Virus record (IMG/VR): IMGVR_UViG_3300031853_000001
Coordinates: 32,001 to 96,000 of that record
Reading direction: 5' to 3' (one strand)
DNA length: 64,000 bases
Source: a virus
Lineage: Duplodnaviria > Caudoviricetes
The translations under genes and the position numbers were made by a program. Below the pieces are notes generated by a model. That model was given only the letters and a program-made list of their open reading frames with translations. It made no database searches and had not been told where the DNA came from. This document shows positions 49,392-58,385 of the stretch, piece by piece; within the stretch, counting starts at the first letter, position 1; each line of letters begins with the position of its first letter.

Positions 49392-50111
49392 ATGTTTGAT
49401 GTAGGTCATGTGTTAGTAGGCTCCCAAAATTATAATTTGGACGGCCCCAATAGCGACAGGGATTATAAAATTCTTATGTGCCCTGATTTAGATGACCTTT
49501 ATTTCCGCAGACGAGCAGAAAAAGGTAATCTTCCAGAGGAATATAAAACTAATAGTGAGCATTATAGCGTAATGGACATTCGCACCTTTAACCAAAATGT
49601 CCTTGATGGCAATGTTAATGCTTTGGAAATGCTTTTTTCTACTGGACAAGCAGACCTTAATGCTAGTTTGTTCCGGTGGATGACATATACACAAAAGCTA
49701 TATCAAGATGGCTATCTTGTAACTGTTTTCCCGCATTTCTTTATGACTATGAACGGTCTTGTATTCAATTCTTTTGACCGTTATGGTGTTAATAGAAAAA
49801 CTGCTTCGCGCGCTCTTTACTTTGGTAATTTTGTAGAGTATATTGTAGCAAATAATTTTAAAATTAGTTGGGATAGTTGGAGAAATGAAATTGTAACAAC
49901 TTCCGCGCGCGGAATGCGTTTTGACAAAACTATTCCACTTCCTACCAGAGTGCAATTTGATGTTCGTTTTGATTGTTTGGAACAAATGTCTTTGGATGCT
50001 GCGGCAGAAGCTAATCATAAATTAACTTATGAACAAGTAAACGCTTTTGAGACAAGGAAAAAGGATTTGTTCAATAAAATGAAAGACTTAGTAGTTCTAC
50101 AACTACTTTAA
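49392..50111 (+). CDS. pol-beta-type nucleotidyltransferase
   Basis: GSQNYNLD..SDRD (GS..DxD); GNVNALEMLF. Confidence 0.75.
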   Translation: MFDVGHVLVGSQNYNLDGPNSDRDYKILMCPDLDDLYFRRRAEKGNLPEEYKTNSEHYSVMDIRTFNQNVLDGNVNALEMLFSTGQADLNASLFRWMTYTQKLYQDGYLVTVFPHFFMTMNGLVFNSFDRYGVNRKTASRALYFGNFVEYIVANNFKISWDSWRNEIVTTSARGMRFDKTIPLPTRVQFDVRFDCLEQMSLDAAAEANHKLTYEQVNAFETRKKDLFNKMKDLVVLQLL

Positions 50112-50278
50112 TTAAAGGAGATATAAATATATGCTATATAATAAGGAAACAACTTTGGCACTAATTAACTATCGTATCAATCTGCTTCGTGCTCGTGGTG
50201 AGCAGATGAATGAACATCTAATTAATGCACTAATCCGTGAAGCAAGAGTCATTGAAAATGAAAAGGAGAATAACTAAA

Positions 50279-50755
50279 ATGAAGTATAAGTTTAATATTC
50301 ATCCAGAAGATTGCCGTTATATTGTAAATGAAGATAAGCGTAAGATTATTTGTCTAATTGAGAATACTGAGAATATGTTCACTGCATTTGCAAGCAATAA
50401 TTTTGATATCCCCTATGATTGTATGGATTCTCTTTGGAGCAACGCAACTCCAAAGCATCTGCATGAAAAGCTTCGTATGCCCAATCGTTTTTGGGGCATT
50501 GCTACTTGCGCAGAAGATGATGAGTGGGATGAGGAGAAAGGTAAGCTACTTGCTTTTACAAAGGCCAAGGATAAGTTAAACAAGAGTTTCTTTAAGCGCG
50601 CGAATCTATATATTAACACATTTGATAAGAGTATTAATGATGCTGTTGATATTCTAAATACTCTTGGAGATAAGCTTACTGCTAATACTAAGCATAGATA
50701 TGCTAAGCTTAATGAGCTACTTGGAGATACTGAAAATGGCGTGTCGGAAAATTAA
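50279..50755 (+). CDS. hypothetical protein
   Basis: GIATC..DD.WDEE.G..LA motif; preceded by micro-ORF 50131-50277. Confidence 0.65.
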   Translation: MKYKFNIHPEDCRYIVNEDKRKIICLIENTENMFTAFASNNFDIPYDCMDSLWSNATPKHLHEKLRMPNRFWGIATCAEDDEWDEEKGKLLAFTKAKDKLNKSFFKRANLYINTFDKSINDAVDILNTLGDKLTANTKHRYAKLNELLGDTENGVSEN

Positions 50756-51308
50756 TGATAGATACGCCAATGAAGGCTATATTATAAAAGAAATCAATTT
50801 AGACGACCTCCCTTGGCAAACAAAAGTAAATCGTAATTTCCCAAAAGATGGAAACCCAAATGAGATTTATAAAATTTTTGAAGAATGTAATATGAATAGT
50901 ATAACTCAACAGGCAATTATGCAACAGTATAATGAGTTATATATTTATAATGAAGCAACACCAGAAGAAAGAGAAATTCTGGCCCCACAAGTTAAAGTTG
51001 TATATTCTTTATTCAATCTTCCCGACATTTATTATCCAAAGTTCTATCCGCTAATGGATGAAAAAGAAGTTTGGTCTTTAAATGAACGCGATTTAAGTGT
51101 TAAACTTGGTTCGCGGCTTCAACAACTTGGAGTTTCTTTCTTTGATTATAAGAAGTTTGTTGACGGTGTAGTTAATTTATGTGAAGAATTTAATCTGCGT
51201 GAAGATGATATTCTTCTAAACCCATCTAATATTGGTTATCATCCAGTATTAGGCTTACGAATAATTGATTATGGTTTGACGAATGATAACCAATTACTTG
51301 ACTTTTAA
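50736..51308 (+). CDS. divergent kinase-like protein
   Basis: YIIK..Q..NE..IY; DILLNPSNIG; IIDYG. Confidence 0.6.
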   Translation: MACRKINDRYANEGYIIKEINLDDLPWQTKVNRNFPKDGNPNEIYKIFEECNMNSITQQAIMQQYNELYIYNEATPEEREILAPQVKVVYSLFNLPDIYYPKFYPLMDEKEVWSLNERDLSVKLGSRLQQLGVSFFDYKKFVDGVVNLCEEFNLREDDILLNPSNIGYHPVLGLRIIDYGLTNDNQLLDF

Positions 51309-51376
51309 GACATTTTATGATATAGTGTAATAAAGATAAGGAAACTTATCTTAAAATAAAGAAAACGAGGAAATAT

Positions 51377-51574
51377 ATGAAGTATTACGACGAAGAATCT
51401 TATCTAGCTTCTCAAGAACCTGAAACACCAGTAATAGAAGCCGAATTTGGTTGTGGTTTCTGCTGGGATAAGAAAAGAAAGAAGTCTAAGGAACTATTCT
51501 TTTTAGATGCCGCAAACAATATGAGGTTATGTAATTATTGCCCTTCTTGCGGTCGCAAGTATGAAGAAGAGTAA
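51377..51574 (+). CDS. small zinc-finger protein
   Basis: CGFC...YCPSCGR. Confidence 0.6.
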   Translation: MKYYDEESYLASQEPETPVIEAEFGCGFCWDKKRKKSKELFFLDAANNMRLCNYCPSCGRKYEEE

Positions 51575-51684
51575 GATTCAATCTTACTCTTTCTTTTTTT
51601 ATAGAGTAGAAGAAAATAGAAAATTATTCAATTTATTTCCATACTTTTCTTATGAAAGATATTTTCTAAATCTCGGAGGTTGTT

Positions 51685-52125
51685 ATGAATAGTCTTAATC
51701 AAATGCCTAATAATGGGATGAATTGGAATACAGGCAACTTTAACGGTTACCCTAATCAAACTCCAAATTATTTTGGAGGGATGAATGCGAACAATTTCCC
51801 TCGTTATAGTATAATTCAAGTTCGCGGCCAGAATGGTGCCGAAGCACTACAAATGGCACCAAACAGTAAAGTATTACTTCTTGACGAAACAGACCCCTTA
51901 ATTTGGTTTGTTCAAACCGATGGAGCGGGTTATAAAACTGTAACTCCATACACTATTTCTCCATACCAACCCGCGCCTCCTGTAGATTTAAATTCTATTG
52001 AACAAAGACTTTCAGCATTGGAGGAAAAGATAAATGCCAAATCCTATAATGGAGCAAATAAACAGCGGAAGCAGGCCAGCAATAGGGCCGATGACGCAGT
52101 TGAATCAACAAATCCAGCCAGCTAA
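51685..52125 (+). CDS. N/Q-rich hypothetical protein, first gene of spore-protein-like operon
   Basis: IIQV.G..GA....APNS..LLLDE..P..W..QTDGAG motif. Confidence 0.7.
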   Translation: MNSLNQMPNNGMNWNTGNFNGYPNQTPNYFGGMNANNFPRYSIIQVRGQNGAEALQMAPNSKVLLLDETDPLIWFVQTDGAGYKTVTPYTISPYQPAPPVDLNSIEQRLSALEEKINAKSYNGANKQRKQASNRADDAVESTNPAS

Positions 52126-52324
52126 ACAAGCCTTACGACAAGCGATGAGTTTGAAAAATCCACAAGCAATGATGAATCAAATGCTAATGAACAATCCTAA
52201 TGTTCAACAAGCAATGAATTTTATAAAACAATCAGGGAATAATCCTGCGGCAGCATTCGTCGCGCTAGCAAAGCAAAAGGGTGTTGACCCACAAGCTTTT
52301 ATGAATGAATTATTGAGTCAGTAA
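52034..52324 (+). CDS. Q/M/N-rich small protein
   Basis: NPQAMMNQML.NNP...GNNP..AF..LA.QKGVDP. Confidence 0.7.
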   Translation: MPNPIMEQINSGSRPAIGPMTQLNQQIQPAKQALRQAMSLKNPQAMMNQMLMNNPNVQQAMNFIKQSGNNPAAAFVALAKQKGVDPQAFMNELLSQ

Positions 52325-52400
52325 TTTAATTACTGACTCTTTTATTATGCTAAAAAGTCCGCTATGCGGATTTTTTATTATATATAAAGAGGTGTCCCCT

Positions 52401-53099
52401 ATGAATGGTAATGAAGGACTATCTGCTTCTGATGTTGCTCTATTAACTGGTAATGGCAATAACGGCTGGGGCATGGATGGAGGTTGGGGTAGCATGATTT
52501 GGCTATTCGCAATTATCGCTCTAATGGGCGGCTGGGGCAACGGTGGTTTTGGTGGCAATGGCTATCATCCACAGTATGCAACCCAAGATTTCGTACAGAA
52601 TGGTTTCAACTTTAATGACTTACAATCTCAGAACCGCGACATTATGACAGCTATTAACAATGGAGTTGCTCAAGCTGTCGCAACAACCAATCAAGCTAAG
52701 TACGACAATATTAATGTTATGAAAGACATTCAAACAGCACTTACAGCTCAAATTGGTGATGTAAAAACCAATCAGATGCAATTACTCGCGAATCAGAACG
52801 ACTGTTGCTGCTCTACCAAGATGCTAATTAACGAAGTTGGCAACAACATTATGTCTGAACTAGCACAGGCTCGTTATGAGAATGCTATGAATACTTCCGC
52901 AATTAATGCTAATACTACAGCACAAACTCAACGTATTATTGACCTTATGACCGGCAATACTATTCAAGACTTACGCGACCAAGTTGGACAATTACAACTA
53001 GCTAATCAATTACAAGGTGTAATGCGTTATCCACAAGGATGGACTTATAACGCTGGTACAAATCCCTTCTGTAATGGTGGCTGCGGTTGCAACATGTAA
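52401..53099 (+). CDS. Gly-rich TM + coiled-coil protein with CCC and terminal CGC
   Basis: GGWG repeats, one TM, DCCC, FCNGGCGC. Confidence 0.7.
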   Translation: MNGNEGLSASDVALLTGNGNNGWGMDGGWGSMIWLFAIIALMGGWGNGGFGGNGYHPQYATQDFVQNGFNFNDLQSQNRDIMTAINNGVAQAVATTNQAKYDNINVMKDIQTALTAQIGDVKTNQMQLLANQNDCCCSTKMLINEVGNNIMSELAQARYENAMNTSAINANTTAQTQRIIDLMTGNTIQDLRDQVGQLQLANQLQGVMRYPQGWTYNAGTNPFCNGGCGCNM

Positions 53100-53193
53100 T
53101 TAAACACCGAACACATTCAGTGTGTCTAGTTTAATATGAGAGGCACTTGTTTTCGGGCAAGTGCCTCTTTTTTTTATTATAGGAGGAATTAAA

Positions 53194-53610
53194 ATGATTC
53201 AAGTTTATAGTAATGGTGTTACGGTTGCTGCTGGTAGCACTTATCCATTAAATAATGTTACTTTTTATAAAGGTCAAACCGCGGTTCAAAACGCAGTTGG
53301 TTCTGTCGCATTAGATAGAAAAGGCGTTTATGTTGTACAAGTTGATGGTTTCGGCACTGTTGCCGCGGACGGAGTTTACTCTATTCAGTTAGCTGTAAAT
53401 GGAGTTCCAGTACCACAAGCTGTGAGCACTACAACCGCGGCCGCAAATAGTATTGGTTCTGGTAGTTTTACTACTTTAGTTACTGTTTCTCAAAGTGATT
53501 GTCCTTGTAATTGGACTACTTCTGCGACCAATTTGAGCATTATAAATCCTGAAGGAGCAGGTGACGTAACTGAAGGTCATGTTAATATGATTGTTACTAA
53601 ACTTTGCTAA
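53194..53610 (+). CDS. BclA-C-terminal/C1q-like beta protein
   Basis: beta-rich, GVY.V, L..NGVPVP.A, terminal VTKLC. Confidence 0.55.
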   Translation: MIQVYSNGVTVAAGSTYPLNNVTFYKGQTAVQNAVGSVALDRKGVYVVQVDGFGTVAADGVYSIQLAVNGVPVPQAVSTTTAAANSIGSGSFTTLVTVSQSDCPCNWTTSATNLSIINPEGAGDVTEGHVNMIVTKLC

Positions 53611-53623
53611 GGAGGGATGAGTT

Positions 53624-54475
53624 ATGGCACAAGCAAACCAAGAACTACAAACTCTTTATTCAGAGTTAATCAATAGAATGAAGCAGGGAGTAGAAATGCA
53701 CGAACAGCTCGCTGATTATTATGCTTTTCTAAATCTCCCTGGTTATCAGAAATGCCACGAATATCAGATGCTTTGTGAGTTATTAACTTATCGTAAAGCA
53801 AAAGATATGTATATGAAGGAGTATAATCAGTTAGTTCAGCCTACATATATGGTAAGCGGTATGCTTTCCAATATGACCAATATGGCAAATAATAACAATA
53901 GCGGCAATAATAACAATAATACTCCTAATCAGATGAATACAAATAATATGAACAACAATGGAATGACAAGTATGGCTAATTCTGGTAAGAATTATGCGAA
54001 TAATGTTATTCCTACAAATTGGTATAATTATACTCGCTATGATGTTGATGCAGGAACCAAGCGTTCTGCGGTTAAAGATGGATTTAAGAAGTGGCTAGAA
54101 TATGAGAAAGAAACTCGTCAGTATCTATCTCAAATGGCCCAGCGTTTAGAGCAAATGAATGAGCGTGAGGCCGCACGCAAACTAGACCATCTAATTGAGC
54201 ATGTTGAGAAGGAAATTCAAACTGCGGAAAATAAGATGATGGATTTAGAAAGCACTGGATATGATATGTCTTATATTCTACAGCAGCAGAAACCTCTACA
54301 AGAACACTATGCTGAAAAGATTCGTACAATGAATGATAAGAATCTACAATTCCGCCGTCGCGGCGAAGGCAATTATGCCAATTATAATTTAAGTGATTAT
54401 GATGATGAGGATGAAGAAGAGTTCGCACGTTATGGCCACGACTATCCTCGCTATTATCGCAGATATTATCGTTAA
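53624..54475 (+). CDS. ferritin-like four-helix protein with Asn-rich insert and Tyr/Arg tail
   Basis: G..MHEQ.ADYY.FL.L.GY..CHEY; W..YEKET..Y; EKE. Confidence 0.6.
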   Translation: MAQANQELQTLYSELINRMKQGVEMHEQLADYYAFLNLPGYQKCHEYQMLCELLTYRKAKDMYMKEYNQLVQPTYMVSGMLSNMTNMANNNNSGNNNNNTPNQMNTNNMNNNGMTSMANSGKNYANNVIPTNWYNYTRYDVDAGTKRSAVKDGFKKWLEYEKETRQYLSQMAQRLEQMNEREAARKLDHLIEHVEKEIQTAENKMMDLESTGYDMSYILQQQKPLQEHYAEKIRTMNDKNLQFRRRGEGNYANYNLSDYDDEDEEEFARYGHDYPRYYRRYYR

Positions 54476-54491
54476 AAAGTAGGTGATGAAA

Positions 54492-57400
54492 ATGATTAGA
54501 TTAATTCAACGTCGTCTAATCATTCCACGCGGAGATACTGGTTCTTTTTCCATACCAGTTTTAAAAAATAGCACCGATAATATCGCAGTTTTTACTATTT
54601 TTGATGAAGTAACTCATACAAAAATGTTTCAAAAAATGGTTCCAAGTGAAGGCGATGTAATTAACATCGCCTTCACGCATAGCGATACCGTTAATTTAAA
54701 ACCGGGTAAATATGTTTGGGATATTAAATATTATAGTAATCCTGAATATATAGATGATGAACTTGTAAATGGAGAAGAAATAGATTCTTATTATGCGGGA
54801 TTTTCACTACCGGTTTGTGAAATTAGAGAAACTGCGGATAATTATTTGGTTTCGCCGGAAGCCCCAACAGCAACTTTATCTCCACAGCAGTTAGAGATAG
54901 TTACTGGCGCGATACATAGCCTAAATGAAGCAATTAGAAAAACTCAAGAAAATGTTGAACATTATCCTGAAATTAGAAATGAAGTTTGGTATGTTTGGGA
55001 CGCGGAATTAGGCGATTATGTTAGCACTAATGTGCGGGCAAATGGTATTGTTGGTAATGGTATTGCTTCCGCGGTTTTAAATAATGATTATACTTTAACT
55101 TTGAATTTTACTGATGGCACTTCTTTTACTTCTCCAAGTATTCGAGGCCAGAGAGGTAATGGAATTGAGGACATCGTTTTAAATAATGATTTTACTTTAA
55201 CTATTACTTATACTGATGGAGATAGTTATACAACTCCATCTATTAGAGGCTCAGTTGGTGCTACTCCACAATTTAGTATTGGCACAGTGCAGGATGGTGC
55301 AGTTGCCGCCGCGAGTATTACTGGAACTGCGGAAAATCCCGTATTGAATTTGACGTTACCGAACGCGAATGTGCCTACGAGAGTAAGTGAGTTGGAGAAT
55401 GATAGTGGGTATTTGACAGAGCATCAGGATTTGAGTGATTATGTACAGAAGACGGATTATGCAGATGATATTAATGCTGGTTTAATACGTGTAAATAGTA
55501 ATTATGGCCTTACGAATGTTTCTAAACAAGACGTAATTACTGGTGAATCAGTAATATATACAGCAGTTATGGAAGCGACTGCCAATAATATTAAAGAAGG
55601 AACAGATAGATATAGAATAATTTCATCAAGAAGAACCCCTAATGCTACATTTTACGGTTTAGCCAAAGCAGCCGGCGATACAACTCAAAGCCAAAGCTCT
55701 AACGCAGTCGGTACTTATACAAATGAAGCCAAAGCCGCAATTCAAACAATGTTAGATGTCCCTTCCAATGCAGACATTCCAACACAAGTTAGCGAGCTAA
55801 CAAATGATGCAGGCTATCTAACAGCAGAAACCGACCCAACTGTTCCCGCGTGGGCTAAGGCCGCACAAAAGCCTTCATACACAGCGGCGGAAGTTGGCGC
55901 GCCTACTGTTGCAGAAATGAATACTGCAATTGGAACTGCTATTGGCCAAATTAATTCTTTTGATATGGCAGTTGTTCAAACATTGCCAACGCAAGATATT
56001 AGCACACATACTATTTATTTAGTTCCTAAAACTGGGGAAACTAATGATGTATATGACGAATATGTGTATATTGATAATAAATGGGAAATGGTTGGTAATA
56101 CGCAGATTGATTTGAGTAATTATGCGACTAAGAGTGAGATACCGGATACAAGTATTTATGCTACAAAAGCAGATACTGTACTTGATACTACATTGAGTAG
56201 GGGGAGAAAAAAAGATACAACAATTGGTGAGGGTAGCTTCGCGTTTGGTAGTAATGTTGAAGCCAGTGGTGCTAATTCATTTGCTATTGGAAACTATGCG
56301 ACAGCAAAAGGAGAATCGTCATATGCAAGAGGCACTTATGCTAAAGCCTTAGGAAATAATTCATCAGCAGAAGGATCATATATACACGCACTTGCTGCTT
56401 CCTCTCATGCAGAAGGTGGCGCAAGTACCAAAACCATAAAATTTACAGGTGAAGCCAACGCAATCATATATAGTATCAATTCATTTATTCCAGTTGGTTC
56501 AATTGTCTCGAATCCATCTGCTCCTAATGGGACATGTTCACTTGTGATGCGCGTAGAACAAATAGATGATTTATGGTATGTAACATTAGATAATACACTA
56601 AATTCAGAAAGTGCATTAATAGAGCAAAGAAGAACAGTTTATATTGGTGGTGCATTAGAAACCTATTCTCACACCGAAGGTTCGAATTCAATTGCTATTG
56701 GACCAATGCAACATGTTGAGGGAAAAAATAATTACGCAGATATAAATTATGCGCATATTGTTGGTAATGGTTTTACCAGCACTCAACGTTCCAATGCCTA
56801 CGCTCTCGATTGGGACGGTAATGGACACTATGCTGGCGACGTCTATGTTCACGCAAACACAGATTCTAGTGGCGGTACAAAGTTAGCCACAATTGAGGAT
56901 ATACCAGAAGTGCCTGTTACTGATGTTCAAGTTGCTGGTGTGAGCGTACTGAGTGATGGAGTAGCGAATGTGCCGGTGGCGAGCAATAATAACGTCGGCG
57001 TGGTTAAAACGTCTAATCAATATGGTATAGCTAATAATCCTGAAAACGGTTTACTTTTTGTTACAAGCTCGACAAGCCCTTTGGTCAAGGCAGGTACTGA
57101 TGACTATAATCCAATTTCTCCGAAAAAACAGCACGAATCCACCTTCTACGGCCTATCTAAAGTCGCAGGCGTAGACCTAGCAAACGAGACAGTTACTCTT
57201 GGCACCTACCCTGAAACATCTAAAACCGCAATTCGTTCAATGATAGGTGCGGCCAGTACTAATGTAATTGCAGTTCAGGATACTCAACCAACTGATACTG
57301 ATACAAAAATTTGGTTGCCTGAAACTGCGGAAACACCTGTTCAAGTGCCTACTGTTGAAGAAATGAATACGGCATTGAGTGAGAAGGTTGATGATGTGCA

Positions 57401-58385
57401 AGTTAATGGGGTTAGTGTGGTAAGTAATGGGGTGGCAAATGTGCCAGTGGCAACAGTTATAAATTTAGGTGTTGTTAAATCAAGTGCCACTGAAGGCATA
57501 GTTATAGATGCGTCTGGTGTTTTAAAGATTTCCACGCCATCATCAAGTGATTATAAGGCATTGTCAAATAAGAAAGCAATTATTCTTAACGCTGCACATC
57601 ATGCAGTATTTTATGCACTTGCCAAGGCCGCTGGCGACACCACACAGTCTGCGTCCTCAAACCCTGTCGGAACTTATACGGACGATGCCAAGGCGGCCAT
57701 TCAGCAGATGCTGGATGTGCCGTCCAATGACGATATACCTGACGTGCCCGTGCAGGATGTACAGGTCAACGGCGTCTCCGTGTTGGATGCGCAGGGTGTG
57801 GCGAATGTTCCTGTGGCGACATCAAACGGTAATTATGGAGCTGTCAGAATAGATACAAATTATGGAATAGCTAGTTATAATAATAACGGCACACTTATGG
57901 TTGTGCCGTCTAATAGCGAACAGATTAAAACAGGCACTAATGGGTTTCGACCAATCGTAGCTACACGACAGCACGAATCCACCTTCTACGGCTTAGCTAA
58001 GGCTGCTGGTGATATTACCCAATCCGCATCTTCCAATGCAGTTGGCGTCTACACCGACAATGCTAAAGCATCCATTAAATCCATGCTCGGTATTCAAGAT
58101 GGCTCAACTGGCACCGTAGACATTACCGGCGCGACACCTACAATTAACGCAGTTGAAAATACACGTTACGTCTGCGGCGAAGTAACATCGCTATCCTTTA
58201 CTCCTCCTTCAAGCGGCATCAGTATTGTTCGCTTTACATCTGGCAGTACAGTAACAGTACTTACAATTCCGAGTACAGTAAAGTTCCCAGAGTGGTTTGA
58301 TCCAACCGCGCTTGAAACTAATACGATATATGAAATTTGCGTTACGGACGGTACGTTCGGGGCGGTGATGTCATGGGCACTGTAA
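54492..58385 (+). CDS. large tail fibre/adhesin-like virion protein with internal repeats
   Basis: baseplate-like N-term (RGDT..), YadA-like SHAEG repeats, 3x DVQV.GVSV..GVANVPVA, 4x FY(G/A)L(A/S)K(A/V)AG. Confidence 0.7.
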   Translation: MIRLIQRRLIIPRGDTGSFSIPVLKNSTDNIAVFTIFDEVTHTKMFQKMVPSEGDVINIAFTHSDTVNLKPGKYVWDIKYYSNPEYIDDELVNGEEIDSYYAGFSLPVCEIRETADNYLVSPEAPTATLSPQQLEIVTGAIHSLNEAIRKTQENVEHYPEIRNEVWYVWDAELGDYVSTNVRANGIVGNGIASAVLNNDYTLTLNFTDGTSFTSPSIRGQRGNGIEDIVLNNDFTLTITYTDGDSYTTPSIRGSVGATPQFSIGTVQDGAVAAASITGTAENPVLNLTLPNANVPTRVSELENDSGYLTEHQDLSDYVQKTDYADDINAGLIRVNSNYGLTNVSKQDVITGESVIYTAVMEATANNIKEGTDRYRIISSRRTPNATFYGLAKAAGDTTQSQSSNAVGTYTNEAKAAIQTMLDVPSNADIPTQVSELTNDAGYLTAETDPTVPAWAKAAQKPSYTAAEVGAPTVAEMNTAIGTAIGQINSFDMAVVQTLPTQDISTHTIYLVPKTGETNDVYDEYVYIDNKWEMVGNTQIDLSNYATKSEIPDTSIYATKADTVLDTTLSRGRKKDTTIGEGSFAFGSNVEASGANSFAIGNYATAKGESSYARGTYAKALGNNSSAEGSYIHALAASSHAEGGASTKTIKFTGEANAIIYSINSFIPVGSIVSNPSAPNGTCSLVMRVEQIDDLWYVTLDNTLNSESALIEQRRTVYIGGALETYSHTEGSNSIAIGPMQHVEGKNNYADINYAHIVGNGFTSTQRSNAYALDWDGNGHYAGDVYVHANTDSSGGTKLATIEDIPEVPVTDVQVAGVSVLSDGVANVPVASNNNVGVVKTSNQYGIANNPENGLLFVTSSTSPLVKAGTDDYNPISPKKQHESTFYGLSKVAGVDLANETVTLGTYPETSKTAIRSMIGAASTNVIAVQDTQPTDTDTKIWLPETAETPVQVPTVEEMNTALSEKVDDVQVNGVSVVSNGVANVPVATVINLGVVKSSATEGIVIDASGVLKISTPSSSDYKALSNKKAIILNAAHHAVFYALAKAAGDTTQSASSNPVGTYTDDAKAAIQQMLDVPSNDDIPDVPVQDVQVNGVSVLDAQGVANVPVATSNGNYGAVRIDTNYGIASYNNNGTLMVVPSNSEQIKTGTNGFRPIVATRQHESTFYGLAKAAGDITQSASSNAVGVYTDNAKASIKSMLGIQDGSTGTVDITGATPTINAVENTRYVCGEVTSLSFTPPSSGISIVRFTSGSTVTVLTIPSTVKFPEWFDPTALETNTIYEICVTDGTFGAVMSWAL

